A stretch of 64,000 nucleotides of DNA from Antedon mediterranea (Eukaryota; Animalia; Echinodermata), in assembly GCF_964355755.1 (NCBI RefSeq), contig NC_092672.1, positions 7,874,001 through 7,938,000 of the forward strand, in the 5' to 3' direction. This document shows, piece after piece, positions 1 to 13,900 of this stretch (position 1 is the stretch's first letter; each line of letters begins with the position of its first letter). The notes below the pieces were generated by a model. The model was given only the letters and a program-made list of their open reading frames with translations. It was not told where the DNA came from and did no database searches. The position numbers and the translations under genes were made by a program.

Positions 1-1565
1 AATCAGTCAATCATTAATAAAAACTTTTGCCTTAGGATTAGCTCATTTTTTAGAAGTTTCTTTTTTAACAGTTTGACGTACGGTACCTCGGAAAACACAT
101 CTATACTGTTTTTCCAGGGGAGGGGGAGGGAGGGAGGGGGAGCAAGTTTTTGAATGCGAATGAAAACGACTAGGCCCTAATAAGATTAAATTACAATACA
201 GTACAATATTATTTCTAGTGTAAAAGATTGAATACTGTATGTTCGGGGGAAATATTAGTCAGGTAACCGTTTTATGATAGGTGGTTTGGATTTGAGATTC
301 AGGTTTTGATCGCGCATGTAGCCTACTTGTCTTCTTTTTAACGACCTTCGTTAAAGACCACTATAATTAAGACTATTTTCTGTGCAGCCTGTGCATGCCA
401 TAACAAGGCAAAGTAGGCACAAAGCCTTAAATTATAGTTGGCACAAAACAAGTTGATGATGCCCCACTAGTTTTCTTCCAATTAAAGTCCACTTTAGTTA
501 AAGACACCTCCAATTAGCGACCATTATATTATTTGAGTAAAGACAAGAATAATAAATATTTTTAATTATGTGACAAAAACACGTAACTGTACTGGTACTC
601 TTCCAATAAAAGATCACTTTACTTAAAGACAGCTTCAATTAGCGACCATTATATTATTTGGTATGAGTAAGTTTTTAATTATGTGACAAAAACACGTTGT
701 GTACTGGTTCTTATATCAAAAACACAATGAATGGCTAGATAATAAAATTCATTCTCAATGAAACAGCAGTTAAAATAAATTCATTCAGCAATCGAAATAT
801 CGCAGAATCACATTGCAACGTATGTACCCTATACTGTACACCTCAGATATATTCATGGACAAGTACGTACCGAGGGACTTATATTCTAATGTCGATTCCA
901 GTCTCTACCCCGAAGTAAACCAAAGTAAAGATAATCATTCATCTATTGTAAACATGATTAAATCAGCTTATCATAATTTTGAGTTCTGGTAATTAAATAA
1001 ATAATATGGTAAGAATAGGCTATGATTATCTTTCTGGAAATTGATAACTGCACTATTTACCAAACAATAGGAGATTCGTTCGTTCCAGCGATTAATTTAG
1101 AATAGTGGGAAATATCTTATTCTATAAATAGGCCTATAAAGGGGAAACAGTGTTTATAATAACCTACATGACGCGAACTTCTATTGTTAGCGTTTACCTT
1201 CCTGTAAATTGATCTATCGCCATTTTGGCTTAATACACGGTAAGTATACTATTTCGATTTTTTTATTTCTGTTTAAGCATTTCTACCAAACAAAAACCGT
1301 TTGTGTGTGAATATTGTTAGTATGGTCTATAAAGGAGTACAGTCTAAGACTCGAACACACAAAATAAAGTAGCCACAGGATGTGTACTTACAATAGATTA
1401 AATTATTAATATTGAGGTGTGGGAGTGTCATGAATACGGTAAGCCTATTCTTAATTCTTAATTAGTGGTGTTATAAAGTAATGCTACTTACTATTTATAT
1501 GTTTTACAATTAATTTCAGTAAACTGCATACCTATTATTAAACGATAGTCAAGAATTTCAACAAT

Positions 1566-4500
1566 ATGGATGGTAAATATATCCTTTTTTATGTTTCCTT
1601 CTAATCTATAAACTAATAGTTCAACCAATAAATAAAAAGCCAGCTTTGGTTGGCCTTAGTATGTAATAGGCTGATCAGTCTACAAATAAACAAATAGGCC
1701 TACATGTCTTCTTCGAAGAAAAAACACTTTTGGGACCAGGTTTCTGGTGGTTCCTTCTGTTTTTTGGTATCGACTGTTCAGCTTGTGTATTATTATTAAT
1801 ATTATTATCAATACAATGACATGGTGAACATAAGAGAAAAAAGATCTGGACAATTGAAGACGTGAGCACTATTACCACGGGTCAGCAAGCATGTTCACAA
1901 GTCAGATAAAATTAACCATGACTCTCTGGCATGGAAACAGATAAAGTTCTATAGGATACATTAAAAAACAAACTGCAAATGTCAAACAATACTGAAACGA
2001 ATGTAGAATATCATCCGGGTGATGGAATGCCATGTACTTGAGGGCACTATTAGTAATTTTACCAAAAAAAACGGGAGACTTGTATTAATTTAATATCGTC
2101 AGAACTCAACATGTATCCTATGTATATCAAATATTTTTCTACGTAGTTTATTCTAGTGAAACAAGTACATTTTGGTTTTAAACGAAATAAATTCGTAAAT
2201 AAAATCATAAATAATATCGTAAATACTGCTTATATAATTAATAACGTAATAAAGTCTATACAATACGGTACTGCAATCAGACGTAACTAGTTTGACTAAA
2301 TCTAAACCCAAACCAAAACAGGTAAAAAAGAAAAAAATAATTAAATTGAAGTATAGACAATGCGCGTATTTTGGGAAAACGTAAAAGCTCCTCCAAATTG
2401 ACGTATTTTGGAAAGTTTGCCTCTAAACTTATTTTTCCATCCTTCTGCACTTTTCTTTAATAGTTTAATTTTGTTCTTTAGTTGTAAGTGCGTGTGTGTG
2501 TGTGTGTGCAGAATAAAAAAATAAAACAAACCAGAGCTATATATATGGCTCTGAAACAAACAAACAAATAGCGCTCTCAAGTTCACCAACCCTAATATAT
2601 TGTTGTTCTTTCATTCTCAGAAATTACGTTCAATTTAATAAAGTTATCTGTGGCAGATTATTATGACGATAATCATTGCCTCGTTATGCTGAAGGTATTA
2701 TTCAAAGATGACATCGACCATCATGAGCTTTCCAACATTGCCGATACAATGAGCTTACTTAATGCGTTATATAACAAAGGAGTGTTGAGGTGCAACGATC
2801 TTACATTCCTTTATAACACCATCAGACTAACTGGACACTTCGCTCTACAAGATAAGATTAAGGCAACTTGGACATCATTCCCGAATGTCAGAGAAATAGC
2901 CGTAACTGAGTTTACAGAACACCGACAGAAGCTGATGCGATTTGGACAACAGGTGATTCAGACAGACGTGAGGAGGATTGACGGATTATACAACACGCCG
3001 ACGAAGAACTACAAGAACAGTTGGGAAATGATACACCATTTGGAAGACAGGAATGACATTAAAGAAGATATGACAGAATTTATTGCTAGATTGAAACAAC
3101 TTGATCTTCCTAAAGCGGTAGATGCACTTGAAAAGCCAATACAAGGTACAATTTTGTCCATCAGCCTATAATGCATTCGTTTCTTTAGCCGTGCATTATG
3201 GCTTATAGAATGAACAAATAAAAACATAGCCTACATTAAAATAGAAAAAATAATCTCTTTATTAATTTAGTTTTACACCTAGACCAAAAGTACCGTCAAA
3301 GAATATTATATATATTCTTTGGTACTGTGGTAATGCAATACCAGTTTAAACTGGTTATTTGATATTTTTAATACAGCCGATTATCGTATGATGTCCTAGC
3401 TTAAAAGAGAAATATATTTAATAGGATTAGGAGACGTTATAAAACAGCCCATGTAGCCTACACGATGTCAGCATAGGGTGCAGCATGGCAGGTATAAGTA
3501 CAATACTGAGTACTGAAATGAACCGATATTAAAACAATTCAAACCTCTTAATGCATATTCATGAGTGTAGTTAATTATGCATATTAAATATTATTTCTAT
3601 TAATATAGCTGATTGGCATGAATGAACGAATTCCGTTTCAAATGTGGCCTGAATAACCACAATTAAGAAGTATGCTAATTTTGTATTACATTGTTCTCTG
3701 TCCTAACCCGTGTTATTTGTTTCTGTTGTTTGCTATTACCATGTATAAGTGTATTTTTAAAGTATTTATGTCTGAATCTGGTCAGCCGTTCTCAAGCTTT
3801 TGATTTCCGGGATTTAACCTTTCCTAATTTGATGTAGGCCTAAATACAACTTTTTATTGATTATATTATTTAATAAACGTTAAATTGATTTTAAATGATA
3901 TTATCTTATAGGTCCTGGCGCCGCTGTGGCGCCCGATGTTATCCCAGCTACACCAACCACCGGTTAGTTGATGGTGTATATTTGCTATAGGCCTACATAA
4001 GTTCAGTTCAGTTTTATATATTTTATTTGTGATATGAGCCTATTCTTTTATATTCCTAACAATCAAAATATAATAATATAAGTTGCTTTGGATATATTAT
4101 GTAATCATGGTATTCCGAAATAAAAAATCGAATGAAATAGTTATAAATATAATTATAAAATGTATTAATACACCATTTTATTTTGTAAATTACAATTTAC
4201 AGTTGAAAGAGAATTCTAAGTCTACATAAACAAACGAATTATGAAAATAGGTGATAAAATCGGCCTAAACTCAATTGATAGTTGAGCATCTTCAGATGTG
4301 TCCTTAACAAATCGTTTTTCATCATTATTAGAATTGGATGAAGAAGATTTCAATGAACTGATCACTGAAGTATCTGATTGGTGGAGGGATCATGGAAACA
4401 TTCACATGCTAAGAGTGTTACTAAGCGAGTTCACAACTCGTGCCAAAATTACTTTGCACAAGATAGAAAGGATAAACACAACTTTTGATCTACTTGACCT

Positions 4501-4897
4501 ACTTCAGGCTTCTGGACTTCTCAAACCGACAGACATAGATATCCTCGTTGAGGCTACTAATTTATGCGGACTTCAGGGAGTTCAGGAAGCGATTGCGAAA
4601 ATTGTGAAATCACCAAACTTTGACGTTCCATACAAAAACTTCTCAGACCATCGAAGAAAATTAATAGCGTTGGGTCAACAAATGAATACAGACAACATGA
4701 TAACTATATGCCACCTGAAGGGCATTAAGGTCAACGATGACACAGATCCGTTTTGGTTAATCTTAAAATTGGAAATGAAAGGCACACTTGATGAAGGAGA
4801 GAAGATGAACAAGTTCATCAAACTACTTGAAGGTAAAAAGATGAATAGAGAAGTAGAGGCATTAAGGAAACTAAGTGGTGAACCAACAGTTTCATAA
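1566..4897 (+). CDS. Death-fold protein with four DED-like domains (two tandem pairs), no catalytic domain; about 382 aa
   Basis: Phase-consistent GT-AG exons: 1566-1572 (ATG GAT G; exon starts 1520), 2621-3145, 3912-3962 (Pro/Ala linker GPGAAVAPDVIPATPTT), 4332-4897 (stop). Probable non-coding exon ends at the donor at 1240. The two large exons align with each other (FNLIKLSVADYY..MLKVLF / FNELITEVSDWW..MLRVLL; FTEHRQKLMRFGQQ / FSDHRRKLIALGQQ) and show the helical DED hydrophobic pattern (LLnaL..kGvL...DL.fL). Domain call is by eye. Confidence 0.7.
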
Positions 4898-4905
4898 AGG
4901 TATTA

Positions 4906-5131
4906 CCAAGGCAATCTAACAGGATGCTCCGAAGATCAAATGGCCTATCTGTAGCTGCGCCACGATCAAGTCCACGCCTCTTAACAGACACCACGCGCCG
5001 CGAAGAATAAGTACATACGGTAGTATTATTAGTACATGTTGGTATTTGTCGCAACCAGACATAAGATCAAAGGACTGTTACGAGTTCCTATCTTGACAAG
5101 GCGAACTCAGTTGCCTGTTAGATTGCCTTGA
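4906..5131. mobile_element. MITE with TIR CAAGGCAATCTAAC in the 3' UTR of the DED gene
   Basis: CAAGGCAATCTAACAGG ... CCTGTTAGATTGCCTTG inverted ends, flanked by TATTA on both sides. A second, oppositely oriented copy lies at about 10755-10940. Confidence 0.7.
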
Positions 5132-5645
5132 TATTATATAAAAATAGGGTTCTGAATGTGTGACCATAGTCAATAGAAAGTTTTGACGGGTGTAGCACAT
5201 TATGATTTTCCTGATATGTTTGTGATAAAAAGCGAGAGCTCAGTTACCAACAAAGCAGTACAAACTTGCACAACTTATGTTGGATTCTGGATGGAGATAT
5301 TAACGGAATGTTCTTATGTCACGACTATCAATCTGGTATGAAAGTGTGTAGAAGATAGACAGATAGTGGATGAGCTTTAGGACAATTAAAAACAGATTTT
5401 AATGTCTTGCAATGTATATAGTTTTTTCCTTAATTTGTATAATTATGGATATTTCTGACAAAAGAAGAGATAGAGAATCCACTAAAATCACCCAAAGATG
5501 CTGAAACAAACGGTAAAGATAAGAAAAGAGAAAAATTGCTCTCTTGAAATATTTCTTAGACCTGCTCCTGTAAATTATATTTATCCTACCATACAATCGA
5601 ATTTCGATTAATTAAATTGATTAAATGTTGAATGTTCAGGCTGTA

Positions 5646-5821
5646 CAATAGAAGCCCTCCTTCGGTGTACTCCTATTCAGGGGACACCCTATTAAAGGGA
5701 TACTTTTCACTAAGCAATTGGAAATATTGTTATAATAGACTACTACGCTTAATCCCTGCTCAGGGGACACTTTATTAAGAAGACACTTTCTTGGAGGTGT
5801 CCCCTTAATGGAGTTCTATTG
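5646..5821. mobile_element. Tc1/mariner-type MITE (TA TSD)
   Basis: TA-CAATAGAA ... TTCTATTG-TA ends with internal GGGGACAC repeats. Related copies at 14412-14607 and 20437-20908. Confidence 0.6.
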
Positions 5822-7905
5822 TATTATTAGTTTTAGCATAGTTCACCATAATATCTCTATGGTTTTAGTAGTAACATTATGTATACATATTTCGTTTATA
5901 CTTCTTTTAGCTTAGTAACTACGTACGATTATAATCGTATGTCCATATTATAAATGGGTGTGTGTGTGTTTTAATAAAGAATTATTTAAACTTAATTGAC
6001 AATACGGTTTTCACGTTTTCTCTTCTGTTTAAAAGTGCTTTTCATGCCGATGGCTTCTCCAACGACCGACGGCCTCTCCAACGACCGACGGCCAACCAAT
6101 GTTAATTAATTGTGCGCATGCGGAGACATTGGGACGTGTGTCTTCCTTGCTCACCACCTCAACACAGTTTTGATGGTTTCAGGCGATGACCGACGACACA
6201 TCGATTGACCTGACGTTGGTCATCGATTTTCGCAAATCGAAAGCTCCCTAAAATATTGTCGCAGACAAAGGTCATGCGTCACGTACTAGTAACCAATAAA
6301 ACATAGCAGGCCTCCGTAGTTGGCACTCAAATTTGTTAAATGCATTACATACACAACTAATTCATTTAATATATATATTATTATATTGTATGTTTGTAAT
6401 TGTATTTTTGGCGGTGATTGCCTTCCATACTAGATGCATTACATATACAACTAAATCATTTAGAACAATAACATTGACTCTTTATTTCATACAAATCTAT
6501 AAAAAATGTATAATAGGTTTCTTTGACACAATTTACAAGACTGCTATAATAATTATATACATTCAAAATTCCCAGTACATACAAATATTGTTCAAAGGCA
6601 CAATATTAGTTGATTAACAAGGGAATGGTAACATAAAACATTTATTAAAATGATTAATCTATATTTTTATATAATATATATTTTAAAAAGTTTCGGTTAT
6701 TCAATTTACAGACAATAATTAAGCATAATATATACATTTACTAAATATTATTCTACCCAGTGCCAACTTAAATTAATACCTGTATATACATAAATTACAA
6801 AAACAATGTTTTTTTGGAGACAAAGAACAAGAATTTTGCGAGCGAGTGGTTGAGCAGAAAGTAACGAAAACGACGTCCTTTAAAAAACGAGAAACTTTTG
6901 ACTTGTGTTTATTCTTAAATATCTTAATAAACATTTGTGCTACAAGTGAAACTTAATTGTGAAGATATATTGCACTGTTGCAGTGAGTCTATTGAATATT
7001 GTATGCATAAAAATGAATGTATCACAACTTATCTTAACATGGAAGAATAACAATATGTGCCAAGCAAATATATTTGTTCAATAATTGTTTGTGAAAAGTA
7101 TAAAATGGCGTAAAAATTGGCAAAAGTTTCATAAAAAAAATCTATAGGATACTTTAATGGCCACCCATACATACATACATTCTATAACCAAGAATTGTCC
7201 TCAGTACAATCAAAGCAAAAAGTGGCCATCTCTGAGCATTTGTATGTAAAGCATACACAAGTTAAAGTTGGTATATATAGATAGATAGACAGATATATGT
7301 TGGAAAAATTCATAACAATTCTCCTGTCGTTGTCGTTTTATGAAGCTATTATGAAGAGTAAAATGGTAGAAATATAAAACATATTTGGAATGAAGGTAGG
7401 TTTTGTTTTCTGTAACTCTAACTTGGAAGAACAATTAAATAAAAATACGACAGTATTCTAAATTGCATAAAGCTTATTTGAACTAGTGGCAACCTAAAGT
7501 GTGTTACATAAAATATAAACATAAAAAAAAAATGTTTATGAGGTAGGTTTCTACTAAGAATTTTTGAACACAGTATCAGAGGTTAATAAACAATTTATAA
7601 TAACTATACTATTTAAAGGGAAGTATACTACAGCACTCATATTATCGTAATCAAATGAAGCAGCGAGGCAGGTATTTGTTTTTGGTTAGAGTGTGGCACA
7701 TATTTGACATGGTCCCTCATGAAATGACGTGTTCCCGCATTCTAAATATAAGCTCACATTTACTGATAAGCCCCATTCACATTATGTGATACCATATAAG
7801 TAATGTTTTTCCTGAGCTTTCATTACATATATAATAATCGCCCTATTCCATGACAACCCAACAAAATATTAAAATCTGGTATGTCATCAACTTAATACCT
7901 TATAA

Positions 7906-10900
7906 TCAATCACTTTCACTCTCTGACTTGCCATTATTGATTGCACATGTTTTGGTAAAACCCTTTTGACGCTGTCGTACGTTCCAATGAAGACATTCTG
8001 CTAAACTGTCGAACCAATCGCTGATTTGGTCTCGTCGACATACACAGGCTACAGGGTAGATGGACGTGGTAATACGTACCCTAGAATATGATATTTAAAT
8101 TTTTTCAAATCTCTTTAAAAGCATATATTATAAAAATAATGAATGTTTATGAGTGCAATATGGCAAATAATTTCATGAGCTGAAAATAGAATGTTTCATC
8201 TTTCACAGAATTAAATTATTTGACCCATTGCACAGTTTATTATGTATGTTTTATAACACACCTAGTCTTAAGGAGAAGCTAGGAAAGGCCAAAAACATTC
8301 GCAGCAGGCAACAATCCAATTGGACGCGGAGTAGAACATTATAGATGACGTAAGTAAGTTGATTTTCAAATGCGCAGTCAAGAGCCTAACCTTGCATGCT
8401 CTGGTTGCTCAATTGTAATACAAGAATATGTACTCTGATGTAAAAGTTTAATATTACCGGTCTATTGAACATCATGTGAACCACAATTGTCCAATTAAAT
8501 GACAAGAACCTATTCCTATATTGCTATAAAGTGATTTAGAATCAAATTATAATACTTACGCCCATCCTTTATGAATTTCTTGTCGACTTCTTCCATCATG
8601 TGATACCCACGCTGTGTGTCTTGCATCTGGTGGTACCATAATCTAAATAATATAATCGACTTCTGTGTTTATGTGAAGAATAAAAATAGTATTTTCTTAA
8701 CTCAGTATCATAATACTATTATTTAACTCATCAGTAAAGCTCTGTCTATACTATCAAACTAGTTTGACAAAAAAAGTGTGATGTGCCCAAATATGGTAAT
8801 GATATGACATCATGTCCATATATGGGCACATCACATTGTTTGTCACACATAAAATTTGATAGTGTACACAGAGCTTAACATACTACACAATACTTATAAT
8901 TTCTTATCTTGTTGAGTCCTTACTAAGTAGGGTCAAGTGATTAACATATTGAGTTAAAAAGGGGAATTTCCCTTTACAAATTTGGCTTAACGCCTACATG
9001 ATGTTTATGTGTAACAGCTAACTATGAAAATTTAAATAGTAACTAGAAAGATAGTTTAATTGTTAAAACTATGTCTTGTACTGTACAGTATTTGTTAAAG
9101 TTAGTTTCAGATGTATAAAGAGTATTAAAGCTATATCTAATATGTATTTTTAAAGATGCTTAATAAAGACAGGTAAGAAATTGACTTAATCAGATATGTA
9201 TACAGCGCACTGTGTTACATTGATGTTACATCTTTACATGCCTCTCTGAAGTCTTAAAGATTACCACCTTGTTACAAAATTTTACATTGTAGTGTAGTCT
9301 ATTCCACATACTATTCCCATAATTGGATCGGAATAATTAAATAAATAATAATGTAAACAGTAACACGCAAACACACATTCATACCAAGGAAACAATTCAT
9401 TACAATATGTTGCATTTTGTCAAATTTGTGTATTGTGAATGTAACAGAATTGCAAAGACTCAGACTCCTGTATTACCTTCAGTTCAACACCAGCAGGGAT
9501 GATAATTGGTCTAAAAGACAGAGAATGAGGGCATATTGGAGTGATCATGATGGCTGGAACGTTAGGATGTATCATGGAAGCTCCTGCTGCAGCTGCGTAC
9601 GCCGTGCTGCCGGTAGGTGTCGAGATAATCAATCCTAAATTGAAAAAAAAACCATTAACATTGATGAGGTTAGTTATTCAAACATGAATACTTTGATTGA
9701 AAGTTAAACGAAAATAAAAAATAATATTTGTTTATTTGCTATTTGTTGTTTATTTAAAAAATTTTTTAATGACTTTTTATTCTTCTGGCATTACAATGAT
9801 CATGTGAAATTTCTCCTGCCTGACCAAGAACCACAGCATGGAGTTGTCATCTATGTAGTACTCCATTCTCATAACTGCTTTAAACTTGGTTCCCACTGTG
9901 ACGCAACACAAAATGATTTGACCAATCACAAGCAATGGGTTATTAAATGACTTTTTATTCTTCTGGCATTACAATTATCATGTGAAATTTCTCCTGCCTG
10001 ACCAAGAACCTCAGTTAACTAGCAACATGGAGTGGTCATCTATGTAGTACTCCATTCTCATAACTACTTTAAACTTGGTTCCCACTGTGACGCAACGCAA
10101 AATTATTTGACCAATCACAAGCAATGGGTTATTCGAACAGTCGCTTGTTATTGGTGAATGCGCTTGCTCTGTGTCTATGTCCTTGCGCTGCGCTTTCTTC
10201 TAGAAGGGAACCAAGCTTAGTAGACTACATTGATTCAATTTGTATTCTCATTTTTCCACTCAAGATGTTAAATAAAAAGCAAAAGCTATTGGCATGATAG
10301 TATGAAGGTCACCATAAGTTTGGCGAACTGAAAGTTACAGCCCTTTGGTTCAAGAGAAGCACTTAGAGAGACAGATGGCCTAGCAAGAAAGAGCATACAA
10401 GATATAAGTAGAGTTGAGCTTGATTGGTTTGGTCAAGTTAACCTAATAAGTGTGAAACTAATAATAATATGCAGTAAAGAAAATCGCTACGAAAGAGTAC
10501 ATCAAATCATAGGGTTTTACACCACCAAACTATACTGTCGAATATAAAACATACCATCTCCCTGAACGGTTGTGATGTGTCGATTATCAAGATAAAGGTC
10601 AAGGTTTGATAGGTACGGTGATGGTCCACGATCAATCACAACTTCATTTAAAACCTACAATGTAATAGAATAAGGAACAGTTATAACACACTAGATTGGT
10701 AAAATAACTGTTCATGTCTTTTCATCAAAAGGTCTATTCCTGAATATATTCTGAGCAAGGTAATCTAACAACAGAATACTGAGCTCGCCTTGTCAAGATA
10801 GGAACTCGTAACAGTCCTTTGATCTTATGTCTGGCTGTGACAAATATCAACAGTACTGTACTATGTACATATTCTCCGCGGCATGGCAGCCACAGATAAA

Positions 10901-13900
10901 CCCTTTGATCTCTGGAGCTCAGCATCTTAGATTGCCTTGGTCTGTGTACCATATTTGAAAATGGTTCAAGAGATGTAGAAATATATAAATTATATAATAA
11001 CAAATAATTTAAAAACATAATAAAACTGCATACTCATGAAGTGTTTTAGTGAAATTATAACAAAATTTAAATAGTAAACTCTATTCAATGCTGATAAGGA
11101 TCTCAACAAGTTCGAAAAAAAAAATTAAATGTTTTCAATAATCTATTTGGCCAAAAGACAGAATACGATTTTTATCATGTAATCTACAGTACATTTTGAA
11201 GGTAATGACCCTAAAAGTATAGTGAGTTTGTCAAAAGAAAGTTAAGCCTATCATTGTTACCATAAAGAATAGGCAAAAACGATAATTGTTTTGAAGTTAA
11301 ATCTTTGAAAAAACATGTTTTGATAAAATCTGACCGTAAAATATGCAATTTGTGATTCTTTTTGGAGTTCATATTTTGTAGATAAACCCACTTAATCTTT
11401 AACAATATTTGTTGAATTTGTAATTTTCAGAAGAATAAAATGTGAACCTATTTTTTTTAACCTTTATGGTGTTCAATATTTTTTTAAATATCTAAATAGC
11501 TTACCTGAAATTTTACTTTGAGGTTTGGTGGGTCAGGAAGTTTGTGTTCTGTCCCAAATATAGAATCATGGTCATAATTGTGGTTGTTGTTTGGAATATT
11601 ATCATCAGTGTATATATGACTATTTAGACGACTCCTTAAGGTCACTGATGAATTACCTATAGAAGAAAAAGAAGAAATGTTATTAATACAAATCATATCA
11701 TTCTTTTAAAAGAAAAAAAAAAGAAGTGGAATGGATAACATTTAATATTATTTTAAAAATCCAATCAAATGATGTCATGATCATTAAGAACAATAACATA
11801 ATTGTATCATATTATTGCTTTTACTAAATCATGACATCATTGAAAATATTATTTTCATAAACTTCGACAGCATAAATAGTTATCCTATTAGTTCTAGAAT
11901 GAAAACTTTTCGAATTGTTTTTGTAAGTTTTAAGAAAATTGTATGTTTATCTTTTTTATCGTTATTTTCCTAGAGTAAATGGGCCTTTAACGTGCAAAAT
12001 CTAGTCCACCTATTGATCTTTATGGAATAGTGCTATAAATATCACACTATCTCACCTTTTAATACAGCATTAATCGAGTCTTGATAATTGTCAAATTCAA
12101 ACGGCGTTAAGAAGCCTAAAGATCCTAATGAGAAAGCCATGACAGGCGGTACACTACCCTGCAAAACAAATTAAAGAAATATATGAATGAAAGAAGGGGA
12201 TGCAATGTTATGTTTCAGTGCTGCATTATCGTTTCATGACGATGATTGCATCACATTTAATAATAACACAGAAGTATTTTGATATTAAAAGAGGACTTAA
12301 AGACAGGCAAACATTTTGCATTGAAGAAGAAATTGAAAACTATTGAGAAACTTAAAGAACAGCAACAGCAATGAAAGAACTAGAAGAAAACCAACTAGAT
12401 AAACTTAAGACAGAAGAAGCTCTTTTAAAGGAATTACAACAGTTTGAGGTATCCTAAGTATATATAGATATGTTTTGATAACAAATTACAGATTGAACAA
12501 TTACAGATCTAAGAAAGAGGGTCTGACGGGGAAAAAGTGCGTCAAGCAAACTCTTGTTCTTAGCAGGGATAGTTCAGCCAACTAAATAGCAAAATCCAAA
12601 GTTGTGTAATACAGCACACATAATTGTGTGCATGTTGATCATTGGGTACAGTCTACTATTTGCTACTTGAACGGGTTATTGCCAACTTCCTGTTGAACCC
12701 ATCCCAAGTTGCTGTTCTCACTGAAAAGCTCTGTCTACACTATCAAACTTTATGTGACAAATAAATGTGATGTGCCCATATATGGACATGATGATGTCAT
12801 ATCACTACCATATTCGGGTATATCACCTCCATATATGTGGGCACATCACATTAGTTTGATAGGTGTAGACAGAGCTTAAGAACTTACCTCTTGAAATAAT
12901 GATGAAGCATACAACAAGGTACCGTCACCGCCGAGACATACAATAAAATCAATCTTATCTGTAATATCATCACCTGTGATTGAAAAATTTACAATATTGT
13001 CCATTAGTAACTTTGCTGCACTATGATCGACTGTTTATTTATACCCTGGGGATAAATAGTAGATGTATGTAGAGCCACTTAGTCACAGCTGATAATATTG
13101 ATGAAATAGCATCCTCAGTATTGTTTGTCATGCATGCATGAAGGTGTACTCAACAGGTACAGTATAAGCATAAGAGGTACTGTAAAGTATGCAGTAATAA
13201 ATTATTCAAAATTGTTTTTAATTTCTAAATCCATAGATGCAGGATTTTATTGAGGGTGGGAGTGCTAAGGTATACAAAAAATACTTTTTTCAAGTGCTAT
13301 CCCCTGGATCATCAGCACCTAATATTTCACAGTAGGTTTTGATAATGTTTAGATGTACAGGTAAAGAGGTACAGTGTAAGAGGTATAGTGTAAGAGGTAT
13401 AGTGTAAGAGGTATAGTGTAAGAGGTATAGTGTAAGAGGTATAGTGTAAGAGGTATAGTATTATGCATAATAAATTATTCTATTCTATTATTTTTAATTT
13501 CTAATACAAACAAACTTTTAATATTTTATGAAATTAAAGGGACAGACCCAGGATTTTTTAAATGGGGAGTCCTAACATAAAAATAGAAATATAAAAAATA
13601 GCTCCATTTTAGCTGTTAAAATTTGGGAGCACACAACCTAAGCTCTACCCCCTAAATCAGCACTTAATATTTCACAGTAGGTTTGAGGTTTAAGTGCAGA
13701 ACAATAATTGATCTGGCAGGACAATGGAACAAATCGATAAAATTGCATGAAAAGGGACTGTCCCTAAAGAGTGAAAAGTGTAGGTACCAGTCACCTGACA
13801 ATGTTGTTTTCCGCCCATTAAATAGTTTTAGCACATTCATTTCCTTGTAGATGTTTACAATGTTAACAACATTAAATATGTTGAATCATCATCAGTGGCT

